Virus record (IMG/VR): IMGVR_UViG_3300044471_000009
Coordinates: 25,968-89,967 of that record
Source: a virus
Lineage: Duplodnaviria > Caudoviricetes
DNA: 64,000 bases
Direction: 5' to 3' (one strand)
The notes below the pieces were generated by a model. That model ran no database searches. It was given only the letters and a program-made list of their open reading frames with translations, and was not told where the DNA came from. This document shows, in pieces, positions 37,776 through 46,425 of the stretch. Position 1 is the first letter of the stretch, and every line of letters starts with the position of its first letter. The translations under genes and the position numbers were made by a program.

Positions 37776-38793
37776 TTTCTCCGTTTTCTGTTGAAATAAT
37801 CCCGAATGCTGTTGTCCCTATAGGGCATGTCCTTGGCGGCGCTACTGCACCATGAGGTGCGCCAAACAATGACTTTTGCACCCCCCCCTGGCTGTACTTG
37901 CCTTCCAGAACCTTTGCCATGTTGGTCTGGTTTATCAGCCAGTCAATGTCAGCCATAAACCTCTTCCCTCCTGAAGACGGCTCAACTTCTCCCATCAGCC
38001 AAGGACATTTCTTTACTGTTTTGAAATACTCCTCCCACCATTCAATGGTCTGGCTTTCATCTGTTTCATTCCATCTTGCTTTCAGGTGCCTGCCTCTGCT
38101 TTCTGTCCATCTCTTCACCCTTGGCAGTTGAGGGCAAAGGATTTTATGATACAGGTCGATTATCTTCTGGTGAGGGCAGTTTGGTGGCACTGGCTTTTCA
38201 GGATGATCATCATTGACTGCTCTTGACTGGTCGAGCTGTTGCTGATCAACCGCTTCTTCTCCTTCTTCACCGGTTCCCCCTATGGGGGGCAGGGGGGTAG
38301 TTGGTAGTTTATCTCTTTCACTCTCTATATCTCTTTCTATAGTAGTGTCCAGTATCCTGCTCTGTACCTGTACCGATACCTGCTCTGCACCTGTATCGCA
38401 CCTGCCCTGTACCTGTTCACCTTGATCATCTAAGCTATTGATATTTATCATCCGTACCTGTCTTGTACCTGCTCTGTACCTGCTCTGTACCTGTACCGAT
38501 ACCTGCTCTGTACCTGTATCAGTACCTGTCCTTTTTACTGGATGTATCTTTCCAAGCAAAAACCTTCCCTTGCTTCCGGTTATCTCTGCGGAAGCATTAG
38601 ACAAAAACGTGCGCACCTTTGTTCGGCTCCACGTCCACATCTCAGCATATCCTGCCACGCTTGCATCGTTTCCCTCCCAGTAATCAAGCTGAAGGGAATA
38701 CATTGCCTCCAGCTCGGTGTACGGCCTGTCCTTTGGCAGAAACTTAGCGAGGTGCCTTGATATGCCCATCCATCCCCCAAGGCCGGTGTTCAT
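37759..38793 (-). CDS. Replication initiator (lambda O/replisome-organiser-like)
   Basis: Upstream of dnaB; internal DNA repeats; PTTPLPPIGG linker; ADIDWLIN..NMAKVLEGKY C-terminus. Confidence 0.8.
   Translation of the reverse strand: MNTGLGGWMGISRHLAKFLPKDRPYTELEAMYSLQLDYWEGNDASVAGYAEMWTWSRTKVRTFLSNASAEITGSKGRFLLGKIHPVKRTGTDTGTEQVSVQVQSRYRAGTRQVRMININSLDDQGEQVQGRCDTGAEQVSVQVQSRILDTTIERDIESERDKLPTTPLPPIGGTGEEGEEAVDQQQLDQSRAVNDDHPEKPVPPNCPHQKIIDLYHKILCPQLPRVKRWTESRGRHLKARWNETDESQTIEWWEEYFKTVKKCPWLMGEVEPSSGGKRFMADIDWLINQTNMAKVLEGKYSQGGVQKSLFGAPHGAVAPPRTCPIGTTAFGIISTENGENDEQQ
38356..38531. repeat. Iteron clusters, putative replication origin
   Basis: 32-nt exact repeat at 38356 and 38479, many TACCTG cores, AT-rich spacer 38421-38452. 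Confidence 0.75.
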
Positions 38794-38975
38794 CTTTTTG
38801 TCATCCTCGAAATGAACTCTTCTTTCCCGCGCTTCAGTTTTGACAGGTACAGCTCAATACCCTTCCTTACCACTTCCTGCGCAACAACATCCTCTTCTGT
38901 TGCCAAGATATTTATCAGCTTGTGCAGATCATGGTCTGAAAAAGCAACCATCTTGTATTTTTGTCTTTGTTCCAT
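38790..38975 (-). CDS. Ribbon-helix-helix-like regulator
   Basis: YKMVAFSDHDLHKLINILATEEDVVAQEVVRKGIELYL; start re-called at MEQR. Confidence 0.55.
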   Translation of the reverse strand: MEQRQKYKMVAFSDHDLHKLINILATEEDVVAQEVVRKGIELYLSKLKRGKEEFISRMTKR

Positions 38976-39009
38976 TTCCCCTTCTCGGTGTTTTGTTGAA
39001 TATTTCAAT

Positions 39010-39038
39010 ATTATAATCAAAAAAGAAGAAACATGCAA
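39010..39038 (-). promoter_or_regulatory. Sigma-70 promoter of the replication operon
   Basis: TTGCAT-17-TATAAT, followed by a TTGAA-N3-TTCAA palindrome. Confidence 0.7.
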
Positions 39039-39040
39039 CC

Positions 39041-39064
39041 AAAAAGAGCCGGATTCGCACCGGC
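39041..39064 (-). terminator. Intrinsic terminator
   Basis: GCCGG-TGCGAAT-CCGGC then TCTTTTT. Confidence 0.6.
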
Positions 39065-39089
39065 CCATGCTTTTTTATCGCGCCGCCAG

Positions 39090-39278
39090 CTACATTATTG
39101 CCGGAATAATCTTTGTGCCAACCGGCAGTTGCAGGCCGTTGGACTTTAAGGTTTTGCACCTCTTGCAGCGCAAGTTACCCTTCTTTTCCTGCGCCCGGCA
39201 AACCAGCAGCAAAGATTCGATACTGCTTACTTTTGCTCCCTTGCACTGACAGGGCCACACGCGGTTCTGGCGGCTCAT
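39090..39278 (-). CDS. Small Cys-rich protein
   Basis: CQC...CKRC. Confidence 0.45.
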   Translation of the reverse strand: MSRQNRVWPCQCKGAKVSSIESLLLVCRAQEKKGNLRCKRCKTLKSNGLQLPVGTKIIPAIM

Positions 39279-39580
39279 AATCCTTTAGCCTCCATCTCTG
39301 AGAATATCCTTGCCTCTATCTGCTCAACAGTGCCTTTCATCTTTGGCCACAGTTTCTTTATCCACGAAGCTGGGACATAGGCGTGGCCGCGCTCATGAAG
39401 CACTGTCTGCTCTTCGTTGATTGCAAACAACTGAACCATCATTTCCGACTCTCCGGTTCCAGCAGCGGGCAGATAGACCTCCTTCTCTTCAGGATGATAT
39501 GCGGCTTTGCGCATGTATAGCGGTATTTTCTGGCCTTTCGGGTTCGCTACGGTTGTCCAGTAGATCAGTTGCCTTGGCAT
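39275..39580 (-). CDS. Hypothetical protein
   Basis: 101 aa. Confidence 0.55.
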   Translation of the reverse strand: MPRQLIYWTTVANPKGQKIPLYMRKAAYHPEEKEVYLPAAGTGESEMMVQLFAINEEQTVLHERGHAYVPASWIKKLWPKMKGTVEQIEARIFSEMEAKGL

Positions 39581-39631
39581 TTTCTTGCTCTCGTTAGTTT
39601 TGGTTGCGGGCCAGCTTCCCAGCCCGGTGGT

Positions 39632-40201
39632 TTAGCTGATGAACGTTTCGCCTTTGTTTCCGAGTATCGCGCCTTCGCAGGCTGCCGTCAATTCAAGCAG
39701 CTCCCTTACCCTCTGCCATAGCCAGCCATCAAGCGGAATAGTGAAACATAGCTTTGCTGACTGAGTAAAAATTCTGGTTTTCGACCCAACAATACCAGCA
39801 AGCTCTTCTTCAAAGAAGGTGAACACATCTACTTGTCGCACCTCTCCCTTTGGCACTTCCGCTATCGAGTCGGCACTGTTGGTGTTCTTTGGCTCCCAGA
39901 GGATAGGAGTCCTGAATTCACACATGTGCAGCCCAGCGGAAACGTCGTAAGATGCAGCATGTTCCATCGGTGGAAGAAAACATCCTTCGCACTTATCGCT
40001 ACAAAGCCCTTGTTTCTTGCCGTAGCAATTTTCCGAACACAGATGAACATAAAGTACGGTTATTTCCGTGCCGTCTGTCGGAGCTGTGGCCATCGGCTGC
40101 CAGTTGTCATATTTTGAGTGCATTTTTTTCGGTGTTTTTTTGTTGAATTGTCCAACTGTAAAAAATCTTTTTACAGTTGGAATTGTGGCCTGGTTACTCA
40201 A
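39632..40201 (-). CDS. Hypothetical protein with WQPMATAPTDGT (DUF551-like) motif
   Basis: 189 aa. Confidence 0.5.
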   Translation of the reverse strand: MSNQATIPTVKRFFTVGQFNKKTPKKMHSKYDNWQPMATAPTDGTEITVLYVHLCSENCYGKKQGLCSDKCEGCFLPPMEHAASYDVSAGLHMCEFRTPILWEPKNTNSADSIAEVPKGEVRQVDVFTFFEEELAGIVGSKTRIFTQSAKLCFTIPLDGWLWQRVRELLELTAACEGAILGNKGETFIS

Positions 40202-41123
40202 ACATTTCGTCCGGCAGGCTGTGGCCCTCAGGCGGCACTCCGCCGTTGATTATCGCTTCGATCTGCATTGGCGACAGGCCGATTTTAAGTGCCTTGGCGA
40301 TGGCAAGGCATTCGGCGGCTGATTTGAGGTTAGGGAAAAATGGTTTCAAGATATCGCAAAAAATAGTTATCGGTTCATCGCAAAGATCATTTTTTCCGTC
40401 TATCAGCATAATCGCTGCGCACTCATCAGGTGAATCATTTCCTAACGTAGGTGCCATGTATGCGCCAATGACCCATCCTGTTCCTCTCTCCAGCGAGTTC
40501 TTGAATATAGCCCGCACCTGCTCACCTCTCGACAGCGGCCCATGCAACCATTCTGGTAATCCATCCGGCAGCGGCCTGGTTCGTGGCCTGGGCTTCTGCA
40601 CGCTGGCGGAATTGCTGTTTCTGGTTATATTCCAGATGTCAAGCTGTTTTTCAGTAGGTTTTGACACTGTTCCGAGGTTTGTTTCTTGGCAGACCTCGGC
40701 TTGAGCATCCTTGCTGGCTATCTTTTCGTCCGCTTTCGCCTTCTCTTCTCTTTCCGGCGTTGACTCCTGATCTTTTTTTGACGGCCTGTCAAGACTGATT
40801 CGTAATGACTCTTCATCGAAAAGCATAGTTTTGATATGAAGATCAAGATAGTTGGCATCGCCAAAGTCATCCTTGATTGCTTCAGCGAATTTGATACACC
40901 CTCCTGTCATTGCCTGCCTTCCGCCTGACTTTTTTCGTAGCTTAACCGTAAACTCGTCCATCTTTGGAGCTATTGATTCTTTGTAGAATCGCATAGTGAT
41001 GTATTTTTCTTCGATTGCTACAGCGACCCAAGCCCATCCAAAAACTCCGAGATGCTTAGTTGTCAACTTTGGCACATAAATCGCCCCACTTCTGGCTATT
41101 GTAATGACATGTTTAGATTTCAT
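40194..41123 (-). CDS. Hypothetical protein, possible AbrB/MraZ-like N-terminus
   Basis: ITIARSGAIYVPK. Confidence 0.45.
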   Translation of the reverse strand: MKSKHVITIARSGAIYVPKLTTKHLGVFGWAWVAVAIEEKYITMRFYKESIAPKMDEFTVKLRKKSGGRQAMTGGCIKFAEAIKDDFGDANYLDLHIKTMLFDEESLRISLDRPSKKDQESTPEREEKAKADEKIASKDAQAEVCQETNLGTVSKPTEKQLDIWNITRNSNSASVQKPRPRTRPLPDGLPEWLHGPLSRGEQVRAIFKNSLERGTGWVIGAYMAPTLGNDSPDECAAIMLIDGKNDLCDEPITIFCDILKPFFPNLKSAAECLAIAKALKIGLSPMQIEAIINGGVPPEGHSLPDEMFE

Positions 41124-41195
41124 CGCATTTCCTCCATGCTTGTTACTCTCGGCATTAAGCCGGGAGAGTTTTGTTTAGTTAAATCAGGTAGTTGG

Positions 41196-41615
41196 CTAAA
41201 ACGGGCAATCCTCGCCCATGCTACTTGCTCCACCACTCCGTGGCGTGTATCCGCCTTGCGCCCCCCCCCAATCGCTCCTCTCGCCACCTCCGCCTTTCCC
41301 GCCCAGCATTTCCATTTCCTTTGCGATAATCTCGGTTGTCCAGCGGTCTTTGCCGTCTTTATCCTGCCATTTGCGGGTTTCCATTTTCCCTGAAATGTAA
41401 ACCTTGTCACCTTTATGAAGATATTGGTTGCATATCTCAGCCAGCTTGTTCCATACAACCACGTTGACAAATTCGGCCTTCTCCACCTTGTTTCCCTGCT
41501 TATCAGTGTACTTCTCGTTGCAAGCGATGGAAAACGAGGCAACCGCTGCGCCGGATGGCGTGTGCTTCAGCTCAACATCTTTGGTGAGATTTCCGATGAA
41601 ATTGCACTGGTTCAT
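41196..41615 (-). CDS. ssb: Single-stranded DNA-binding protein
   Basis: MNQCNFIGNLTKDVEL...KGDKVYISGKMETRKW...Gly-rich tail ending DCPF. Confidence 0.95.
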   Translation of the reverse strand: MNQCNFIGNLTKDVELKHTPSGAAVASFSIACNEKYTDKQGNKVEKAEFVNVVVWNKLAEICNQYLHKGDKVYISGKMETRKWQDKDGKDRWTTEIIAKEMEMLGGKGGGGERSDWGGAQGGYTPRSGGASSMGEDCPF

Positions 41616-42061
41616 TTGTTTTTCTCCTGCTGTTGTTGTTTTGCGGTTAAAGTCCGCAGCTTAATGCTTACGCTGGATTTTGCTCCAGCTTCAGCCCATT
41701 TTTTGGTTGCAAAAACGCCGACAACCAGCTTGTCATCCGTGAAAACTATTCCGTTCATGCAATCAAAATAAAACTTGATCGCGTTGTCAATATCCGGCTT
41801 CGAGCTGTGAAAAGCCGGTGCGCTTGCTCTTGGCGTTCCATCCGCCTTAACCTGCGAAACCGGCCTTTCCGTGACGAAGCGTATATGGCAAACGCAAGGC
41901 GTGTCTATCATGCTCCACCCGTTTTTTCGCATCTGCATCGCCATTTCAGCCTTGACAGAGTTTTTCAGCTTCTCCTGCGGGTCATAAGTTTTCCTGCCGT
42001 TGCTGCGGTGCCGCATCTTGCCAACCGGCTTCATGCCAAGGATTATCTTGATCATCATCAA
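41612..42061 (-). CDS. rusA: Holliday junction resolvase
   Basis: KPDIDNAIKFYFDCMNGIVFTDDKLVV. Confidence 0.9.
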   Translation of the reverse strand: MMMIKIILGMKPVGKMRHRSNGRKTYDPQEKLKNSVKAEMAMQMRKNGWSMIDTPCVCHIRFVTERPVSQVKADGTPRASAPAFHSSKPDIDNAIKFYFDCMNGIVFTDDKLVVGVFATKKWAEAGAKSSVSIKLRTLTAKQQQQEKNK

Positions 42062-42339
42062 TAAATATCCTCACTGCAAAGCCGCCCTTCGTCTCCGCTA
42101 TCCGTCCACGGGAATAGCTGCCCAGCTTGCTTTGCAATCCAGTACGCTTCTGCTCTATCGACAAACTGCGTGACTGACTGAGTCCCCGGCCCTGCTGATT
42201 CGATTGCGATAAATCCCTGCTCATCGCCCGCTTTTGGTATTCCGAGCAGCGCAATCATAAAATCATCGTAATGCCTTGCGCCGAGCGCAATCCTGTTTCC
42301 GCGCCGAATAGCAGCGCAGACTATGCGTTTTGCCGTCAT
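42058..42339 (-). CDS. Conserved phage protein
   Basis: IVCAAI...GARH.D...EQGF...FVDR.EA..IA..AGQ...L.SEDIY. Confidence 0.65.
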   Translation of the reverse strand: MTAKRIVCAAIRRGNRIALGARHYDDFMIALLGIPKAGDEQGFIAIESAGPGTQSVTQFVDRAEAYWIAKQAGQLFPWTDSGDEGRLCSEDIY

Positions 42340-42698
42340 AACCTTCCGCTCTCCTTCAATGCTTGAAGCTGCTCTTCTTCCCAGCTTCCGAGTTTTACGT
42401 CACAGAGTTTCACGCGCGGCCCTAATCCTTTAGCAGCAAAACCAACCTGCTGCATGGCCTCTCCTCCCGCATCAGCGGGCCTGCTGCGGCGACTGCATTT
42501 TACTGAGCAGTATTTTGAGCCGGGTCGCTTAAATGCCGTTTCTCCGCACTTCGCGCAGGTAATTTCCACCAGAGTTCGCCTGAAGTTTTTTTTATGACAT
42601 TCCTTGCAGCTTGGCTTTAAGGAAACTCTATCTGGCTTCAAATAAAAACAACTTGTTGGTTTTTCTATTCCGCATTTGCTGCATATTTTTGTCACCAT
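42336..42698 (-). CDS. Zn-finger protein
   Basis: CSKC, CKEC, CAKC and YCS..C. Confidence 0.6.
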   Translation of the reverse strand: MVTKICSKCGIEKPTSCFYLKPDRVSLKPSCKECHKKNFRRTLVEITCAKCGETAFKRPGSKYCSVKCSRRSRPADAGGEAMQQVGFAAKGLGPRVKLCDVKLGSWEEEQLQALKESGRL

Positions 42699-42701
42699 TC
42701 T

Positions 42702-43148
42702 TCAATCCGCTCCTATTTGCTTTTTAATAAACAAAACCAGCCTGTCCGCCTCGTTCATCGCTGCGCCATTCTCCTCTTGCGGGTCAATCAAGTCGATGAT
42801 GCTGTTGACATATTCTAAGATTTCATCTATTGCCGACAGCTTCCAATAATTCGCAGTGCAGTCTCTCAACTCAATCAAAAGATATTGAGCAAGCCTTGCT
42901 GTGCAGCACGGGTCGCTGCAAAACAGCTCTGATGATTTTAACTCATATTCTATAATTTTGCAATGACTCATTGCTCTGCTTTTTAATTTTTTATAATCTC
43001 CAGACAGAGGCCATGAATTTATTTTCTCTTGAGTCAAATTAAGCATTGCAATTGATAGTTCCTCTGTAATTGCATCTGATATAATATTGATAGCGCAATT
43101 TGCAACTATTGACATAATTGTTAAAGCGTTGACATCGGCTTTGCTCAT
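42702..43148 (-). CDS. Hypothetical helical protein
   Basis: 148 aa. Confidence 0.5.
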   Translation of the reverse strand: MSKADVNALTIMSIVANCAINIISDAITEELSIAMLNLTQEKINSWPLSGDYKKLKSRAMSHCKIIEYELKSSELFCSDPCCTARLAQYLLIELRDCTANYWKLSAIDEILEYVNSIIDLIDPQEENGAAMNEADRLVLFIKKQIGAD

Positions 43149-43215
43149 CTTGCTCTCCTTTTATATGGGCGGCCCAGTGCCGCCCGGTGGTTATTTACTG
43201 GCAATCAATAGATCG

Positions 43216-44169
43216 CTATTCGCGCTCGTTTCTGTAAAGCGCAAACTTCCTGTTATAATCCACGCAGACATCAAGGCAGTTGCTTGCGCAGATGGTGTCA
43301 TTGGTGCAATCGTGATTTCTATACCAATCTTCCCTTTCTTTCCGCATTGTAGCGGACACTGGCCCAATTGGATTTCCTCCCTCACGCATGTAAATAATGC
43401 ACGGGTAATGATCTGCACCCATCACGGCCATGTCGTCAAGCACCAATCCACATCTCTTCTCAGGGCATCCTCTAACGGGCTTCCCGTTGCAAAGGTTAGC
43501 TTCCCGGTATTTCAGAATAGGATACTTATCAAGCAGCTCAGGGCTTATTGAAATAGATGGCAGCTTGCATCCTGCTTGAGCGGCAGGGATTACTCTGATA
43601 TCAGAGACCCCAAGTGAATCGGCAAAGCCTATTATTTCTTCTGTTCTGCTTGCATTATCAGCAGTTAGCACAACGCCAACGGTCACGTAAGCCTCTTTCG
43701 ATATCCATCTGATATTCTCGATAACAGTTCCCCATGCGCCCTTCACTCCTCCAGACATCCTATCGCCGTCCTCGGCGCAACAGGCATCAAGCGAGATGGA
43801 AAAGTCATCCACTCCAGCTAAAAGCAAATCTTTGTACTTTTTAGCTGGAGCTGACCCATTCGTTGACAATGCACATCGCTTAACACCTCTTTTGCGTGAC
43901 AAACGAACAAGGTCTTCCAATCCATGATACAAGGTTGGCTCTCCACCGGAGAAGCGAATATTTTGAAGGCCATGATCACCCCATATATTCACAATGTTCA
44001 TTGCATCTTCAATTGGTATATCAGAACCGCCCACGGAACGGCAGTATGGACACTTGAAGTTGCACCTGCTGGATAAAATCAATTCGCACCTTGACAGCGG
44101 AGATGATGCACTGGCGTTTTTTGCCCGCTCATCTGATAACGTGTAAAATCCTATTTTCGACAGGTTCAT
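43216..44169 (-). CDS. Radical SAM protein
   Basis: CNFKCPYC (CxxxCxxC), FSGGEPT and LSTNG; C-terminal Cys cluster. Confidence 0.92.
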   Translation of the reverse strand: MNLSKIGFYTLSDERAKNASASSPLSRCELILSSRCNFKCPYCRSVGGSDIPIEDAMNIVNIWGDHGLQNIRFSGGEPTLYHGLEDLVRLSRKRGVKRCALSTNGSAPAKKYKDLLLAGVDDFSISLDACCAEDGDRMSGGVKGAWGTVIENIRWISKEAYVTVGVVLTADNASRTEEIIGFADSLGVSDIRVIPAAQAGCKLPSISISPELLDKYPILKYREANLCNGKPVRGCPEKRCGLVLDDMAVMGADHYPCIIYMREGGNPIGPVSATMRKEREDWYRNHDCTNDTICASNCLDVCVDYNRKFALYRNERE

Positions 44170-44224
44170 AGTATTTACCTTTCTTGTGATATTGTTAATA
44201 GATGCAATACAGGTTGATCTGATG

Positions 44225-44539
44225 CTACTTGCTGGCAGTCATTTTGATGCGCAGCTTGTCTATCACCGGCTGCACTTCTTTTTCGTAGTTCCAGATCGGG
44301 CAGCCAGCGAGTGGAGTGGCGTAGCTTGTCTTCCCCGGGTAGCGGTCATGAATATCGCCGCCTGTCCACATGCAGACCTTTACGCAGCCGAATTTCCTGT
44401 TCCCGATGAAGTTACACAGCTCGCTTGCATGTTCATCGTCTGCGTACCACGACGCACATACCGGAAGCCCGTCAATTTTGTACCTCTTGACCGGCAGACC
44501 TACCTCTTCAGATTCCCTCTTGTGGTCTTCGTATGCCAT
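44225..44539 (-). CDS. Cys-containing hypothetical protein
   Basis: Start re-called at MAYEDHK. Confidence 0.5.
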   Translation of the reverse strand: MAYEDHKRESEEVGLPVKRYKIDGLPVCASWYADDEHASELCNFIGNRKFGCVKVCMWTGGDIHDRYPGKTSYATPLAGCPIWNYEKEVQPVIDKLRIKMTASK

Positions 44540-44559
44540 TTTTTTGCTCTTGGTTTTGG

Positions 44560-44928
44560 TTATCTGTTTGCCAGCTCGATTACAACGCGCCGATGGCATT
44601 CTGCGCCAAGCGGGCAGGAGCAGGCTACCGGCCTGTTGCGCAGCAACGAAATGCTCGACAGAATTATCTGCTTCTGGACGCGGAGTTTTTCGTAGTTCCA
44701 TGTTACAGCATCCATGTCAAGGCGATATATTCCAAACTTTTTATACCAGCCGGGGAATATACTGCTGCACACGTTCTCCGGTTCCCAGTCTGTCGTTAGC
44801 CATAGCCGGTATTCATTGGCTGTCGGGAACGGGTTACCGTACTTTGACGGCCTCATAACGTTTACGCATCCCGGTGGCATCTTGGAACCACTGAAGCGAT
44901 TCCACTGGACTTCGAGGTTTTTAAGCAT
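44560..44928 (-). CDS. DUF4326-like protein
   Basis: RPSKYGNPF...L....VACSCP....CH..V..ELAN. Confidence 0.75.
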   Translation of the reverse strand: MLKNLEVQWNRFSGSKMPPGCVNVMRPSKYGNPFPTANEYRLWLTTDWEPENVCSSIFPGWYKKFGIYRLDMDAVTWNYEKLRVQKQIILSSISLLRNRPVACSCPLGAECHRRVVIELANR

Positions 44929-45122
44929 TTGCCCCCTCCTTTTCGTGCAGGTTTCCTGTTGTCGCTCTTGATGATAATTAACTTGCCAAGGTTTGCGCCT
45001 GTTGCCTCTTTCTCTGTGCGCCTAATTCTGTTTGCAAGCATCCTTACATCCTGTTCATTTCTTGCACGACATTTGTAAACAAAGTTGTCGTGGCTTAAAA
45101 AGTAGAATCTGTGTATGTTCAT
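44862..45122 (-). CDS. Hypothetical protein
   Basis: 86 aa. Confidence 0.4.
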   Translation of the reverse strand: MNIHRFYFLSHDNFVYKCRARNEQDVRMLANRIRRTEKEATGANLGKLIIIKSDNRKPARKGGGKCLKTSKSSGIASVVPRCHRDA

Positions 45123-45418
45123 GCCAGCCTCTCTTGATTGTCAGTAAACTCTTCTCTCGCATTGTCGCAGCAGCATGGCGTTCCGCTCTCATCCGCCTCC
45201 CATGCGTTGCCGCAGAAAGAGCATACATCTTCATATTCTCTTTCTATGCAGAGCGACACTGCATCTTGAGACCTGTGATCTCGGATAAAATCATTGAATT
45301 CGGCAGCCCATGATTCACAGTATTCTGCAATGGCATCCACTCCTCCCTGCTTGACGTAGAATGGAATTCTTGGCATGTCGCAAGAAATGTTGATATCGAC
45401 TAACACCTTTTTCTTCAT
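45119..45418 (-). CDS. Hypothetical protein, first gene under sigma-54 module A
   Basis: 99 aa, GAGGA RBS, CSFC...CCD. Confidence 0.6.
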   Translation of the reverse strand: MKKKVLVDINISCDMPRIPFYVKQGGVDAIAEYCESWAAEFNDFIRDHRSQDAVSLCIEREYEDVCSFCGNAWEADESGTPCCCDNAREEFTDNQERLA

Positions 45419-45480
45419 AGCATCCTCTTGTTATTTTGTTTTTTTTGGCCCTATGCCTTTTCCTGCTCTATCATTAATAA

Positions 45481-45612
45481 AGCAAAACTCATGCCAGTTT
45501 TATTGAAATAAAAATATCAAGCGAAACTGCATGTTTACAAAATTCACAGCTCAAAATTAGTACAAACTTTAGAACAAAGTTTAAAATGTTGAATTTAATA
45601 ATTTGAACTTTA
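45481..45612 (-). promoter_or_regulatory. Sigma-54 module A
   Basis: TGGCAT-GAGTT-TTGCT at 45496-45481; enhancer AAAGTTCAAA...TTTAAACTTT at about 45612-45560. Confidence 0.8.
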
Positions 45613-45655
45613 CCAGGCCCGACGTTGTGAGTGTAGCTGGTAACGTCGGGCCTGG
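45613..45655. terminator. 14-bp perfect hairpin
   Basis: CCAGGCCCGACGTT-N15-AACGTCGGGCCTGG after the 45664 stop. Confidence 0.6.
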
Positions 45656-45663
45656 ATTGATCT

Positions 45664-46425
45664 TTACTGCTGTGCAGGCGGCTCGGTGCTTGATTCAGCG
45701 GGCTGCTCGGTTTCTATTGGCGACAAAGGCTGCTTTTTTTCCGTTGACTCTGTGCTTTCTTTAATCCACTTTTCGCAGCCTGCAAACAACTGACACGCTG
45801 TTTTGCAGTGCGTTTCCGTTACCTTGCACATCCATTGCGGATTATCGCATTCGATGCCAGCATTGAGCCTTTCCTGCGTAGCCTTGAATGCAGCTCCAAG
45901 TCGATTGGTTTTTACATCGGCAGGGAGCGAAGAGAACCTTGACTTGATGTTTTCTATGTCCTTGCCGGTACAGGCTTGAGAGATCAACGAAAGGGCTTCT
46001 TTGACAGATTCCTCGGTGCCGTCCTTGATTACCAGCGGGGAAACTTTCCACACCCCGCGTTTTCCGCGTGTCATGATATACGACACGTTTAAGTCTTTCG
46101 TTATTCCTTCTGCGTGTGAAATCCTAACCCCTCCTGATTTTATACCTCCGCCAAGGTTCATCCCTTCATCCTTATTGAGATACAGCGTGATTCTTTTGCC
46201 TATCCAGTTTTTCGAGTCGCCACCATAGAGGCCAACGAGAACTCTACGCATCGTTAGGCATGGCTTAAAAGGCTTGTGACCTCCTTCCAGCTTTACAGTC
46301 AACGGCTGCTCTCCGCTTGTCACTGCAACAGCGGCTATCTTTACCGTTACCGGGCCTGCTGAAAAATCATCGCAGTTTAGCTGGTCTGACTTGATGCTGA
46401 TTATTGTTTTCATTATATCACTCAT
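45664..46425 (-). CDS. Conserved phage protein, putative ssDNA-binding/annealing partner of the exonuclease
   Basis: KSDQLN.DD...GP.TV.I...KPFKPC.TMRRVL...GG.RISH pattern; coupled to the exonuclease gene. Confidence 0.55.
   Translation of the reverse strand: MSDIMKTIISIKSDQLNCDDFSAGPVTVKIAAVAVTSGEQPLTVKLEGGHKPFKPCLTMRRVLVGLYGGDSKNWIGKRITLYLNKDEGMNLGGGIKSGGVRISHAEGITKDLNVSYIMTRGKRGVWKVSPLVIKDGTEESVKEALSLISQACTGKDIENIKSRFSSLPADVKTNRLGAAFKATQERLNAGIECDNPQWMCKVTETHCKTACQLFAGCEKWIKESTESTEKKQPLSPIETEQPAESSTEPPAQQ

Noticed and set aside
38273-38298. G-rich tract as a regulatory G-quadruplex
   Set aside because: Explained by the PTTPLPPIGG linker typical of phage initiators
41262-41269. G/C homopolymer in ssb as a phase-variation site
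   Set aside because: Encodes the ordinary Gly-rich SSB tail
43191-43418. 75-aa minus-strand ORF
   Set aside because: Out-of-frame overlap with the radical SAM gene
20541-44169. 2-aminoadenine or 7-deazaguanine genome pathway
   Set aside because: No PurZ, FolE/QueC/QueD or DpdA recognised in the window; HD, MazG and radical SAM alone are insufficient
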